DNA of 63,959 bases, filler included, from Craspedostauros australis (lineage: Eukaryota): NCBI GenBank assembly GCA_030167865.1. It is 6 parts of 6 records of this genome, joined end to end, with 100 filler letters (N's around TTAATTAATTAA, not from the genome) between each part and the next. Parts side by side here need not be neighbours in the genome. Positions count along the whole stretch, not along the records: positions 1 to 23,913 come from JALAGF010006303.1; 5 more parts are not named here. One strand, written 5' to 3'. The notes beneath the pieces were generated by a model, which was not told the DNA's origin, did no database searches, and was given only the letters and a program-made list of their open reading frames with translations. Position 1 is the stretch's first letter. Every line of letters starts with the position of its first letter. This document shows, one piece after another, positions 10,715-22,090 of the stretch. The translations under genes and the position numbers were made by a program.

Positions 10715-12164
10715 TGCAATGCAATAGATCCAGAACTGATTTGTCTTGGATCAATGATTGATGGGTTAGATTGCGAGTTGCGATTATGTGATTGTTGAGT
10801 GGGAGTTCGGCCTATTATGTCGTCTACTGTATCAACTGTCTCCGTTCGCGCACCTCTGCTTGACTTGTCTTGCTGTATCACTGCTGTTGAAGGTGGACAA
10901 TCGGGTTGCAATTGAAGGTGTGTGCGATGGATGCAACTTCCTTCCTGTGATCTGCTTCTCTCTCACTCTCTGTACCTACTATCCACTGGGTCAAAAGCGC
11001 GCGCAGAGATACAACACATCCAAGAGTTACCACGATAACAACAACAGCAACAACGACAGTGGAGGTCTCTTCTTGGGCGTAAATGGAGGACTGTTCACAC
11101 TCCACTCACTACCTGTTCGTCGTATTTGCGTGGGCGATTTTACCCACGCCATGTCTGTTGAGGATGTGAGTGTCACACTCATGCCTAATTTGTGCAAAAT
11201 GCAACAGCGAGATAATCACTTGCGGCCAAATTTTGGTTGAGCCCGATAAGTGCGTGACTGACTATGACTAGTAATGACCAATGCAAACAACTGCCCAAAT
11301 TCATGTCGTTAAGTGCGTGTATCGAAAGGGTCCATTTGAGCGTGTAGCTGTGACCCATCGGAAACTGGATGAAGGCGACTACGATCAACCAAACTACGCT
11401 GCTAACCTAGCCGAATGAGATTGATTGGACCGTGCAGGTTGATGAGGCGAAGGCCAAATGATCTCACAAACGAAGAGGCGATGCTCTCCTGGACATACAT
11501 TCCAGCCGATGGTCTTTTCCGGCTCTCCCTCCCTCCCTCCCGCTCTCTCTCTCTCTCTCTCTCTCTCTGGAAGAGCGCAACAACGTGAGCCTGACCGCTC
11601 TACCACAAACTTGATCCCATTCATTTCCTTCGTACGAGTCAACAGGTCTCAATCGGCATGGTGCAGGCGCTGGTAACTCCTTCACTTTGTGTCGCGTAAT
11701 CGTGATCGTCGCAACCGCAGATTTGGACTCTTCTTCGCCGTCCCCATCCCTGCTCTTGCTGGATCATGACGGAAACCCGGCCACTTTCTCGACAGCGGAG
11801 CGATGAAGGCACGAAGGGTCCTCCCACTGTCTGACCATCTCAGCATCAGACACCACGGTACCACCTTGAGGCAGAGCAATGATCGCGTTTGTGGAGATGT
11901 TGCAGCAGGCTGAATAGTATCCACATGACGTTGAATCGGTTTGGTCACATTTTGGCGCCAACAAAAGTACTTCCAAAGCCTCCTTTGCTCAACACGGAGG
12001 TTCAATCACGCACGACTAGCCCACGACAATGATGTCTTCGTGGGAACCAAACGGAAACTCTGAGATGGCTGCCACCACCACCACCAACAACGACAACAAC
12101 GACAACAGGACAACCCATGACGAGCCCACTCAGAGGATGATTGCCCTGCACATAGGTCGTCCAT

Positions 12165-13421
12165 ATGATAGCAGCAAGAGAAATGATGAGCATACCCGTG
12201 ACGACAACAGCAACAAGAACGATGATGACGATGAGCAATTCGAGAAGTGGTTCTGCGAAGACAGAGAAGAGAGGAGGAAGAATACTACGAGCAAGCAGGA
12301 GCATCCTGCCGATCTTTCTCGTCTATCTCCTCCAATGTGCAGCAGTTCCATGCTTGGCTTCAACGGCCCCGCATGTTGCTGCGGCCACGCCAACGCTTCA
12401 ACAACAGCACCTTCGACGACAACAACAGCGACAACAGAAATACCCACACGAAAAGGCAGAAGCACGAAGCAGACGGAACGTGGCGTCGCATGATTCCTTC
12501 CACAGAGTCATGGCAGAAACAAAAGCAGCATCTGACTCATCGTCCAGCGTGACATGCAAACCAGCCGACGTTTGTGTCATGTGCACAGGTTCCGACAAGG
12601 AGAAATGGTCGGCATGTGCCCGAACTGGGCGCATGCAACGCTTCGAGTGTTTCTCGAATGCCAACGATGATGGTGGGTCATGACTATGTTCATCACGATG
12701 ATGGCGATGGTGATCATCACGTGTGGTTGTTGGAATGTCACAAGAGTATGATCGGCTCGTGCAAATGAATGAAGATTGGATTGCGATGGATTCGACTCTA
12801 TGTTATCTTCCACGTGCATTCACTCATTCATGTCAACAATGCCATTGTATTGCAATTTCATTATTCATCGTCTCCCATTCTGTGATTTCATCTTTTACTT
12901 TAACTTTGCTCTGTACTTACTTGTGCTTGTGCCCTCACAGCTGACAATGAGAAAAGTCACGAAAGAGCAGAAATCAGAAGCTGCGAACGAACGCAAGCTG
13001 ATGAACATTTCCTCATGGTAAGCGATGCATTTCTTGCAATACTTCCATACGAATACAACGATGCCTATGTGTTGGCAAAACAACTGTTTCCAAATACCAC
13101 CACGCCTCTCACACACACACGTTATCACAATTTGATCAGATGCAATTCATGATATCCTGCCTCGTCATTGGTGGAGTCGCGGTGCTGTCGGTGCGCAAGC
13201 AAAAGCGGGTCAGCGCAAGTCTCTTCGATCAACGCAAGTTTGGCGCGCAGCAGAAGCCGAAGCGCAACACCATGGTGACAGCGGTCAGCTCAGTTGCCGA
13301 CGAAGGGGAAATCGAATTCTCGACCATGTCATCGACGAACAGCACGATGGAAGAGATCGCTCCTCTCGTCACAAGCTCGAGCGGGGGCAGCAACGGCAGT
13401 CAACAGCTAACGGTGGTATAG
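12165..13421 (+). CDS. JTB (jumping translocation breakpoint)-like membrane protein, 3 exons (~12165-12672, 12941-13017, 13140-13421)
   Basis: GT-AG introns 12673-12940 and 13018-13139 preserve the frame. Spliced product has a signal-like segment, then CKPADVCVMC..SACARTGRMQRFEC..EIRSCERTQADEHFLM, TM FMISCLVIGGVAVLSV and basic RKQKR. This matches the JTB Cys/TG/SC spacing as I recall it. Start codon uncertain. Confidence 0.65.
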
Positions 13422-13571
13422 AATACATGTAGGAACTGCGGGTGTACTTGTAAGTGTATTAGTAAATTGGTAATGCTCGTAGTATGCACTAATGTGATGC
13501 CTGTAAAGATGGCCGCTGCTCTGCTCTATTTCTTACTGTGCGCCATGGCCATCTGCTTTCCTATTCGTGTA

Positions 13572-15518
13572 CTAAACGTAGAACGGATCATTCAAGACTG
13601 TTTGGATCCATGGCTCGATCAGGACCCTCGTCAACAGATAGAACGTGACTCCCAAGAAGATGGAGATGGGCAGCGCTGGTAGTGCCTTGCCGAACACTGC
13701 CAACAGAATCAACGTTCCGCCCAGACCAGTCAAAATGACCAGCATGCAGGCAACGAATGAAGTGAAGCTGTGCAATGCGGCCTTCGAGACCAAGATGGAG
13801 TAGAAAATGAAATCTCCCAAGCCCAGCTTGATGGAATTCGCAGCTTTTGGTTTGCGTCGACTGCTGCGATCCCCATCACCGTCATCATCGTTATTGGCAT
13901 TTTGACTACGGCGAATGCTGAACACCTTGCCGTCCTTGTTCACCAGGAACCGTCGCGCGATCTGACCATTTGCGAAGTAAGCGACGTATTGCTTGCCGTT
14001 CTCGTCGATCGATCGTTTCTGAGCACCTGTGGCACGTTCGATCCAGCCGCCGTCCATGGGAAAGTCAACCTGAATCTCGGTCTTGAGCTGCTTCGCGGTC
14101 CATTCCATAGTGCGCACCTCATGGACAGTGTACACTCTGGGGTTGGAGGCCTGCGACCTGCCAGTGTTGAAGAGTGTTTGAGATCGTGGGTTGAGCCGGC
14201 CATCTGTGTCCACCACTTTCAGCTTGTACATCTTGGCAACTGCCAACGCTATTCTGGTCACACGTCGTTCTTCCGTCTCTGCCGTCGCGGTTGTTGGTGG
14301 TGGCGCTGTCGCATGTCTTCCTGCTTGTTGATCTCGTCTGGAGTCAACTTCGTTCCGTCGTTGTTTCACCGATGCGTTGCTCCGTTTCGTATCGGTATTT
14401 TCAGCCGTTTCTATCACAGCTCTCGTCCTGTCGGATGTATTGTTGCTGGTGCGAGCAGCAGGCCGAGAGGTCAGCACCATTTCGACACCTTCTCTTTCGG
14501 CACTTTGCTCATCACTCGATTGAGTGACGGTAATCCTCCCTCTTCCTGACTGCATTGCTGTAGATCGCGCGTCATCATGACTGGTGGTACTTGCGGGACG
14601 ATTGTCTTGCGCAGCTTGCGTTAATTCCCGTTCGTCTGTTGGTCTTTCAGATGATGAAACTGCGTTGCTTCTGCTGTTGCCGTCTCCAGTCGCACCATCA
14701 CCACCGCCCGCTGGTGATGCAGGATTGCGATTCGGCCGCCGAATGTCGCGAGGCAACGGCGCCTCATACAGCAGGCTGGGCAGCGCGGGTGCATCGGGCT
14801 TGGACATTTGATGCACCAACGCCTTCAATGGTCCGCACGGTGTCAGCACCGCGAAGAGATCGTACAATGCCAGCATGACCAACAAGGTCCATGCCGTCCA
14901 ATCCCCAAAGAAGGAGAGCTGCCACGCCAGGATCACGCTCGATGCCATGAGGTAGCCTTGCGTGACCCACAGCGGAATGCCCTTGCCGTAGAAGATGGCC
15001 AGCGTGCCCACGGCCGCGAAGTTGTAAATGAAGAGACCGAACGTGATCGTATCCACCGACCAGTTGTAGATCTCCATGGACAGCAGCCCGATGACTGTCG
15101 TGTAGTATCCCAGCAGCATGGTCGTGACGAGGATCATGTATCCCAGGAGGACCTTGAGACAGCGGTACTTGTACAGCAGCACGACGACGAACGTCATGAT
15201 GCCAATGACGCACACGATGATGAGCGTGTTGATGACGCTGGCGAAGAGGTTCTGTCCCGAGTTGCCTTCCTCCAGGTCCACGACCTCGTACGTCGTCGCG
15301 TAAGCGTCGGCACCATCGGATCTGGTCTGGTCCGTGTTGACGAAGACGACGACCAATGCGGACAGGATCATCGTCAGGGAGACGGGCGGGAAGACGGCCG
15401 AAAACGACGAGATGCAGTACGCCAATTCGTTCACTTTCGAGATGGCGGCATCATGATCGTCGCTGCGCTGCATCCTTCGCTCTTCATCATTGTCATTGTC
15501 ATTGTCATTGTTGGCCAT
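13572..15518 (-). CDS. PSEN: Presenilin (peptidase A22A, gamma-secretase catalytic subunit), paralog A, intronless
   Basis: Multi-TM protein with catalytic YD (LALYDLFAVLTPCGPL), GxGD (KLGLGDFIFYS) and PALP motifs. Confidence 0.95.
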   Translation of the reverse strand: MANNDNDNDNDEERRMQRSDDHDAAISKVNELAYCISSFSAVFPPVSLTMILSALVVVFVNTDQTRSDGADAYATTYEVVDLEEGNSGQNLFASVINTLIIVCVIGIMTFVVVLLYKYRCLKVLLGYMILVTTMLLGYYTTVIGLLSMEIYNWSVDTITFGLFIYNFAAVGTLAIFYGKGIPLWVTQGYLMASSVILAWQLSFFGDWTAWTLLVMLALYDLFAVLTPCGPLKALVHQMSKPDAPALPSLLYEAPLPRDIRRPNRNPASPAGGGDGATGDGNSRSNAVSSSERPTDERELTQAAQDNRPASTTSHDDARSTAMQSGRGRITVTQSSDEQSAEREGVEMVLTSRPAARTSNNTSDRTRAVIETAENTDTKRSNASVKQRRNEVDSRRDQQAGRHATAPPPTTATAETEERRVTRIALAVAKMYKLKVVDTDGRLNPRSQTLFNTGRSQASNPRVYTVHEVRTMEWTAKQLKTEIQVDFPMDGGWIERATGAQKRSIDENGKQYVAYFANGQIARRFLVNKDGKVFSIRRSQNANNDDDGDGDRSSRRKPKAANSIKLGLGDFIFYSILVSKAALHSFTSFVACMLVILTGLGGTLILLAVFGKALPALPISIFLGVTFYLLTRVLIEPWIQTVLNDPFYV

Positions 15519-15721
15519 CGTGTGATAGTTGCGCTAAGTTGGATGCAATGAAATGACATGATTTTGTGTCCACAATGGCAAACTTTGCTCCATCATTGGT
15601 TTGTGCCCATTTGAATTTGGCACGACTCAAACGCATGAAATGCATTCCACGCCCTACAAGTCTAGATAGACCACTCGTAATTTTACATGCATACAATTGC
15701 GCTACTATACTCCAGCTGCCT

Positions 15722-17772
15722 TTACACGTAGTAAGGATGGACGAGGACGGCTTGGATCCATGGTTCGACGACGAGTCTGGTGCACAGATAGAAGAAGACA
15801 CCGAGGAAGATGCTGATGGGAAGAGCCGGCAGAGCGTGGTGGTAGACCGCAAGGAGGACCAAGGTTCCGCCAAGTCCGGTCAAAATGACGAGGAAGCAAG
15901 CTGCGAATGTGGTGAAGCTGTACTGCGCCGCCTTTCCGACCATGACGCTGTAGAAGATGAAATCTCCCAACCCAAGCTTGATGGTGTTGCTGCTGTCGGA
16001 GCCGCCGTTCTCGGAATCGGCAAAAACGCGTCCCTGATTGTCAACCCAGAGAATGCGCTTGGCGTTGCCGTGTCTGTCACGCTCGAGGTAGGCGGCCCTT
16101 CCGTTCTTCCTGACCTTCTCGATGCGACCTCCGCGCGAGGGCAACTTGACCGTGACCTCGGCTTGCAGGAGGGCGGGGATTGGATTCTCCGGAATGCGTG
16201 GAACCTCGGCACCGTCCTGCAGCAGCGGCGTTCTGTTGGGTCTGCCAGTGGTGGAGCTGCCCTGCGTGCTGTCATCCTCGAGGAGGATGCGTGCCTCACG
16301 CGACACGCCGATGACAGGGAGGTTGTAGACACGGGCGATGGCAAGCGGGATCTCAGCGAGCGGACCGGATTGATCGGAACGGTCATCCCAGACGCCGGAT
16401 CCTTCCTCATTTTGGTCGGCGCCGTCCTGGCTGCTGTCCCAGGCCTGCTGGTCAGGGGCTCCGCGTGCGCCCTTGCCTCTGTGATCGCCGGTAGCGTTGT
16501 TGCCAGCACTTCTGCTGGCGTTGGCTCCGCCTGCCGTGCCTGGTCGTCTGGCCTCCGGTGGAAGATCGGCTTCGTAGAGAAGACCGGGCATCTCCGGTGC
16601 GCCATCTTGCGACATGAGGTTGACGAGCGCCTTCAATGGGCCGCATGGTGTGAGGACGGCGCACAGATCGTACAGTGCCAGCATGACCAGCAACGTCCAC
16701 GTGGTGATCTCATCGAAGAAGTCCACATGCCACGCCATGATGACGGAGGTAGCCACGAGGTAGCCCTTGGTGATGTACTTCGGAATGCCCTTGCCATAGA
16801 AGATGGAGACGACTCCGACGATCGCGAAGTTCCAAAGCGTCAGAACGTACGTGAGCTTGTCGACGGGGAGGTTGTAGATCTCGATGGCCATGTACCACAT
16901 GTTACCTCCGAGAAGTCCCAGCAACGAGGTGGAGCAGAACATCATGTAACCGATGAGGCACTTCATGCATTCGAAGCGGTACAGCAGCACGATGACGAAT
17001 GTCATGATGCAAATGACGGTGACCATGACGAGTCCATTCGCCAGGCTCACTCCCACCTGCTCGATGGTGGAGTAACCCTTGGAGTCATCGTTGGTCTTCC
17101 ACACCTGGTATGCGCCTGCCATGGCATCGGCTCCCGCCTCGACTGTCTCCTCAGTGTTGACAACGACAACGGCCAGTGCCGCAAGGATCATCGTGATAAC
17201 AACTGAAGTATGGAGGAGAATGGTGGGTTATATTGAATGGCATGGCGAGAGAATAGTTTGGCAATGCAACAGAAGGAACGAACAAATCAATTGATGAATG
17301 AATGCGTACATGAGGTGAGCACAGTTGCATGAAATGAGGAGTATGATGGCAAAGAGATCCTGCGATCCATCGTAAAGCAACCTCAATCGCATTCAACGAC
17401 TGCTTCTCTCCATTCTTGAATCACAAGCATCCCCGGACGCACACAGCCATCTCATTGCTCTTCATCTGCTTATCACCTACCGGGCACAATGATGGCATGG
17501 AAAGATGCCGTGCTGTACAGCAACTCGTTGAGACTCATGGAGTACTCATCATCGCCAGGTTCGTCATCTTCCGTGCTGTCCGTGCTGGCGCCACGCACGT
17601 CACCGTAGACGTCGCGTTGATCATCCGGCTGCAGCCTGTAGGCGCTCTCGACGTTGGCTCTGTCCATGCGACTCTCATCGGCTCCCTCATACCTCTCGAG
17701 CGAGGGATCGTTCGATGCGCGCGTCGCGGTTTCGTAGTTGTTCATGGTCCCGTACTTGGAGGGGCTGCCCAT
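15722..17772 (-). CDS. PSEN: Presenilin, paralog B, 2 exons (17772-17481, 17202-15722)
   Basis: LALYDLCAVLTPCGPL, KLGLGDFIFYS and PALP motifs. GT-AG intron 17480-17203 joins ..FHAIIVP-V-VITMILAAL.., matching paralog A FSAVFPPVSLTMILSAL. Confidence 0.93.
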
Positions 17773-18361
17773 GCGTCGTGTTTCTTCTTTTTTGGACGAC
17801 GCTGGTGTGGTGGAATGCTTTTCAAGTTGGATCGATGGATGCTTTGGTTGGTTCAGTTGTTGTTCCTTCTGTTGCCACAGTTGCAGTTGATGAAGGATGA
17901 TGAGATGAAGATGGTTCAATGGTTCAATGGTTCAATGGTCCGATGCACTGATGATCGCCGCATGAACGGCCATCTCGCTTCAACTTCAAACACACACGAT
18001 AAAGCGCGAGAAACAAGCACCTGCCAAACCAGAGAAGAAAAAGCAGCAAACTTCCAAAAACTTGTGTTTTGAGATTTAACGGTTATTGGCCGATACGCGC
18101 ACACGGAGCATATATTTTATTCATGCATGAAGGTGTGTGTATCCAACGATCACCTCGACGTGAGGTCGATCGAGTCAACAAATAAGTCTACACTGCACTA
18201 TCTAGAGAGGAAGAGTGAAAAAAGATTCAGCCACCACGTCCAAGTGTCATCCAAGAAAGACCAACTACTTACACACATGGAAGGTATGCCTTCCTACTCT
18301 CATCTATAATATAATGCCATTTTCCAGACCAATTGCATCTGTTCTGTGCGGATCATGTTCT

Positions 18362-20370
18362 TCAGATTACTTGCGCGTCTGTCGCAAACTCCTCTGATTG
18401 CTCAGCTACTGGAGGTGTTTCTGGACCGTGGGGAGTATCACCATCCTGCTTGAGAGCATGAGCTGCTTCAGCCCTTTCTTTTTCTTCCTCCTCCTCCTGC
18501 TTCGCGACCGCCGCATCTTTCTCCGCCTGCGCCTTGGCTTCCGCTGCGGCGCGCGCATCGGCATGCATCTTCATGCCGTTGTAAATGTCCCAACCCTGCG
18601 TATGATTCCCAAGCGCAAACTCCAGCGCACATCGCACGTATGGCTCCAGGACGTCATGAAAGATCGTTCTCATCTCGTCATCGACCTTGCGCAGCTGCTT
18701 GACGTCGTCGCTGAGACCGAGATTGAGCAACGTGCGTTCGTTGCTCTTGAGGATGGCCGCCGATTTCTTCAGCGCCGTCGTCATGGAATCGCGCAGCATC
18801 TTGAAGACGCCGGGCAGGAGGCAACGTCGCAGTTCGTTCATGCCCGTGAGGAAGGCGTTGAGCAAGCGGGCCATGGGAGGGTACGCCATGAGCTGACGCG
18901 GTGGAGGGGGTGGTCCATCCGTCGAAGACATCGTGCTGCTGTTGAGCGTCCCCGTTGCCGCAGTGCCGTCGTTGATGTCATCGATGTGGCTAGAGGAGAT
19001 GAGGGGCGAGGCGACCTTGGCCTCACGACACACTCTCAAGGTCTCGGCCATCTGCATGACTCCGTCCTTCCAGATCTGCTTGATGATGCCGTGCATCTTG
19101 CGCTCGAAGAGAGATGGCAGCTGCGCCGTGAAGTCGGCTCCCAACCGTCCCATCGAGGCCGCGAAGAAGACGCAAGCATCCAAGGCATCCCGGAGCTGCG
19201 CCGAATCCTTCATCTTCTCCAGCTCCACCGCGAGCATCGACAGGAAAGCTTCCACCTTGCGAGATGTCCACATGCTGAGCAAGGAGATGGAATTGGTCTT
19301 CTGCTGGCGCATCTGGGCACGGAAGATTGCATTGAACTGCGTGGCGATCTCGAAGACTCTGCTCGTGTGGTTGCACAAATGTACGAGTATGGATGTGGGA
19401 GGAGTGTGAGATCAAGTTGAGTGCATCAATCACGGTGCAGGAGAAGTGCGTGAGTGTGTCTTTGGCTTGACTGAACCAGACTACCAACACACAACAACGA
19501 GAACAACGAACAACAAGAGCAAGGACAACAACATGAAAACGAACCAGAAGATGGGAACACTCACCGAGTACGATAACGCTCAATGGTATCCAACAGTTGC
19601 TCCGACGACTTCATGGCGAGATCGCTGGTGCGATGCGACGTGGTGGGACTGGCGAAGGCGTTGATGCTGGTGCTGGCATTGCCAGGCTTCTCCAACCAGC
19701 AATCTCTGGCCTCGAGGAAGTCCACCTGCAAGCTGAGCTCCATGGCCTCATACGTGCGCTCCATGTTGCACTCCGTCTCACGCTCCAAGTCTATGGAGTT
19801 GAGCCGACGCAGCGACGTGACGATCTCCAGGCACTGCGGCATCGTGACGTATCCCTTGAGGGAGTGCAGCAGATGGCGACGCAGATCCTGCTGCCTTGAG
19901 CGTATCTGCTCGATGACCTGCAGCACCACCGTGTTCTTCTCCATGTGCCGGCGCTCCAGCGTGTTGGAGAACGCCGCGATGCTGAGCGCGTCGTCGTAGA
20001 GGTTGGAGCGCACGCAGGCATCCATGAGCGACGGCAACTCCAGCAGCTCCAGCAGATGCGAGTGCTGCAGCAACGTGCGGCGGCGCACGCGGTGTTTCTC
20101 GGACAACGCCGCCAACGTGCCTTCGCCCTGCTCGTCCTCCTGCTCCAGGGCCTCCTTGGCCCGCGAGATCTGATGCTCCGACGCCTCGATGTTGTGCAGC
20201 AGCTGCTTCAGCGACGTCTGCACGGCCTGGCCTCTGCGCTCCACGGCCACGAACGTGCTGGCATGCGCCGCGCACAGCGATCGCAGCTGTTCCTCGGCAG
20301 CATCCAGCGCTGCTTTGGCGACGGCGCGCTCGTTCACGTCGGATCCGGCCAACGACAGCAGCTCCGTCAT
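18362..20370 (-). CDS. COG8: Conserved oligomeric Golgi complex subunit 8 (Dor1 family), 2 exons (20370-19565, 19358-18362)
   Basis: Dor1-type LLELLELPSLMDACVRSNLYDDAL, FLEARDCWL and FAASMGRLGADF. Intron GTGAGT(19564)..CAG(19359) gives RYRT-R-VFEIATQFNAIF. Confidence 0.88.
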
Positions 20371-20668
20371 GCTTGCTTCAATCTCTATCTCTATCAATGG
20401 TGCGCGCACTCTTGTATGACTAAAGGAGACCACTGCTTGATTGTGTCTGACTGTTGGGAATGTGGAGGCTGCCAACAGCCGATCGCAGGTGGTGGTCTGC
20501 GCCCAGAGATCCCTACGGTTGGGTTGTTTTGCGTTGGGAAAAGCATGTCTGTGTGTGTTTCTTGGTACCATTTCGACTTGCACCCAACACAACGGTCTTG
20601 AGTCCCGACATGATTAGTACGACTACAATATAACCGTTTGCAACGTTCGAGCTTCCAACCAACAAAAA

Positions 20669-22090
20669 ATGAGAAAAGAAGAAAGCGCGAAGCAACATGA
20701 GACCAACACCATCCACCACAACGCCAACGACCATACTACCACAGTTGACCACACCACACATCAAGGCATACCACCGGACCGCATACCATCGCATCGAACC
20801 GCACAACCGATGAATCCGCAACCGACGTTGCCAGGATACGAGGTGCAACCCGACGAGGATGGCGTGGCGCATTCCAAATCCAAGTTGGACGGCGCCTACG
20901 ACGATCTGCGCGCGCTGACCACCGTGCGCTTGTATCCCTGCCTCACCAATGCCGAATCCTTGGCCTATCGATGTCGATGTTCGTTTCAGATCGTGGATCC
21001 ATTCGCCTACGCCATGCGCCACAATCGTGAACCGGTCAAGCTCAACAGCGATGTCTTTCCGATTGGGACGCGCCGCATTCAACGCGCGATGCGGGGCTTC
21101 CTGCAGCACGTGGCATCGTACGATGCTATGAAGCAGCATCTGCGCGGTGTCAAATTCTCGTCGTCGTGGTACGACGGTGACGACGCCGACTGCATTATGA
21201 CGTTGATCTACGACAATCGCGTCGACGCGGCGCGATGGATCGAGGAGGCGTGCCAAGCTCGACAAATGTTGGGATTGCGACAGATCAACGGAAGATCGAA
21301 GGGTGTGCTGCTGACGACTGCGGCAGAAAACGAAGGTTCGGAAGCCATCATTCGAGATCGTGTGCGTATCGTTCGTGCAAACGATGATGTTGGTGGCTGG
21401 GAGGCGACTGTCGAATCACCATTCGTCACAACGCCAGCGCAATCGCCGCAGGACATTTGGTACGAAAAGCCAGAGACTGCATTCTACCATCCCAACGGCA
21501 ATGCGATGAAGAAGGCTTTGGGATGGATGTTGAATCGGTTGGAACACATAGCATCCATACCAACTGCATCCGACAACAATGCCGCACCGACGGAACGACC
21601 CAGAATACGACTCCTGGAGATGTACTGCGGATGCGGTGCACACACGATGGCGTTGGCCAAGAGCGATCTGCTTTCCGAGATCGTGGCCATCGAGATGGAT
21701 CAGCGATTGGTCCAAGCATGCGAGCGCAACATCGTTCTGAACGATCTGTCCGACGTCGTGCACGTCCGCAAGGAAGATGCCGGGAAGTGGGCGCGGCGAT
21801 TCATTTCCAAGATGCAGAAGTACGGCGCCGCCGATGAGCAAGGGTTCGATGTGTTGCTGGTGGACCCACCCAGGATGGGGTTGGATGCGTTGGTGTGCAA
21901 GATGGCCAAACAAGGAGGGTTTCAGCATTTCCTGTACATATCCTGTGGGCGCAAGGCCCTGCTGCGAGATCTGGAGCTCCTGTCGGATACATTCGAAGTT
22001 GCGGATTGCGTCGTCATGGACTTGTTCCCGAGGTTGGATGCGGTGGAGACGTTGGTGCATTTGAAACGCAAAGCAGGAGCGGCAACGTAG
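20669..22090 (+). CDS. tRNA/rRNA (uracil-5-)-methyltransferase, TrmA/RumA family
   Basis: YRCRCSF, SAM-binding LLEMYCGCG, DVLLVDPPRMGLD, catalytic YISC and DLFP..VE. The true start may be a downstream Met (e.g. 20811). Head-to-head with COG8. Confidence 0.88.
   Translation: MRKEESAKQHETNTIHHNANDHTTTVDHTTHQGIPPDRIPSHRTAQPMNPQPTLPGYEVQPDEDGVAHSKSKLDGAYDDLRALTTVRLYPCLTNAESLAYRCRCSFQIVDPFAYAMRHNREPVKLNSDVFPIGTRRIQRAMRGFLQHVASYDAMKQHLRGVKFSSSWYDGDDADCIMTLIYDNRVDAARWIEEACQARQMLGLRQINGRSKGVLLTTAAENEGSEAIIRDRVRIVRANDDVGGWEATVESPFVTTPAQSPQDIWYEKPETAFYHPNGNAMKKALGWMLNRLEHIASIPTASDNNAAPTERPRIRLLEMYCGCGAHTMALAKSDLLSEIVAIEMDQRLVQACERNIVLNDLSDVVHVRKEDAGKWARRFISKMQKYGAADEQGFDVLLVDPPRMGLDALVCKMAKQGGFQHFLYISCGRKALLRDLELLSDTFEVADCVVMDLFPRLDAVETLVHLKRKAGAAT

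Noticed and set aside
11543..11568. (CT)n microsatellite, similar ones at 1677-1694, 10698-10723 and 44028-44052, and a 19-bp tandem at ~7527-7575
   Set aside because: Ordinary simple repeats with no supporting functional context.
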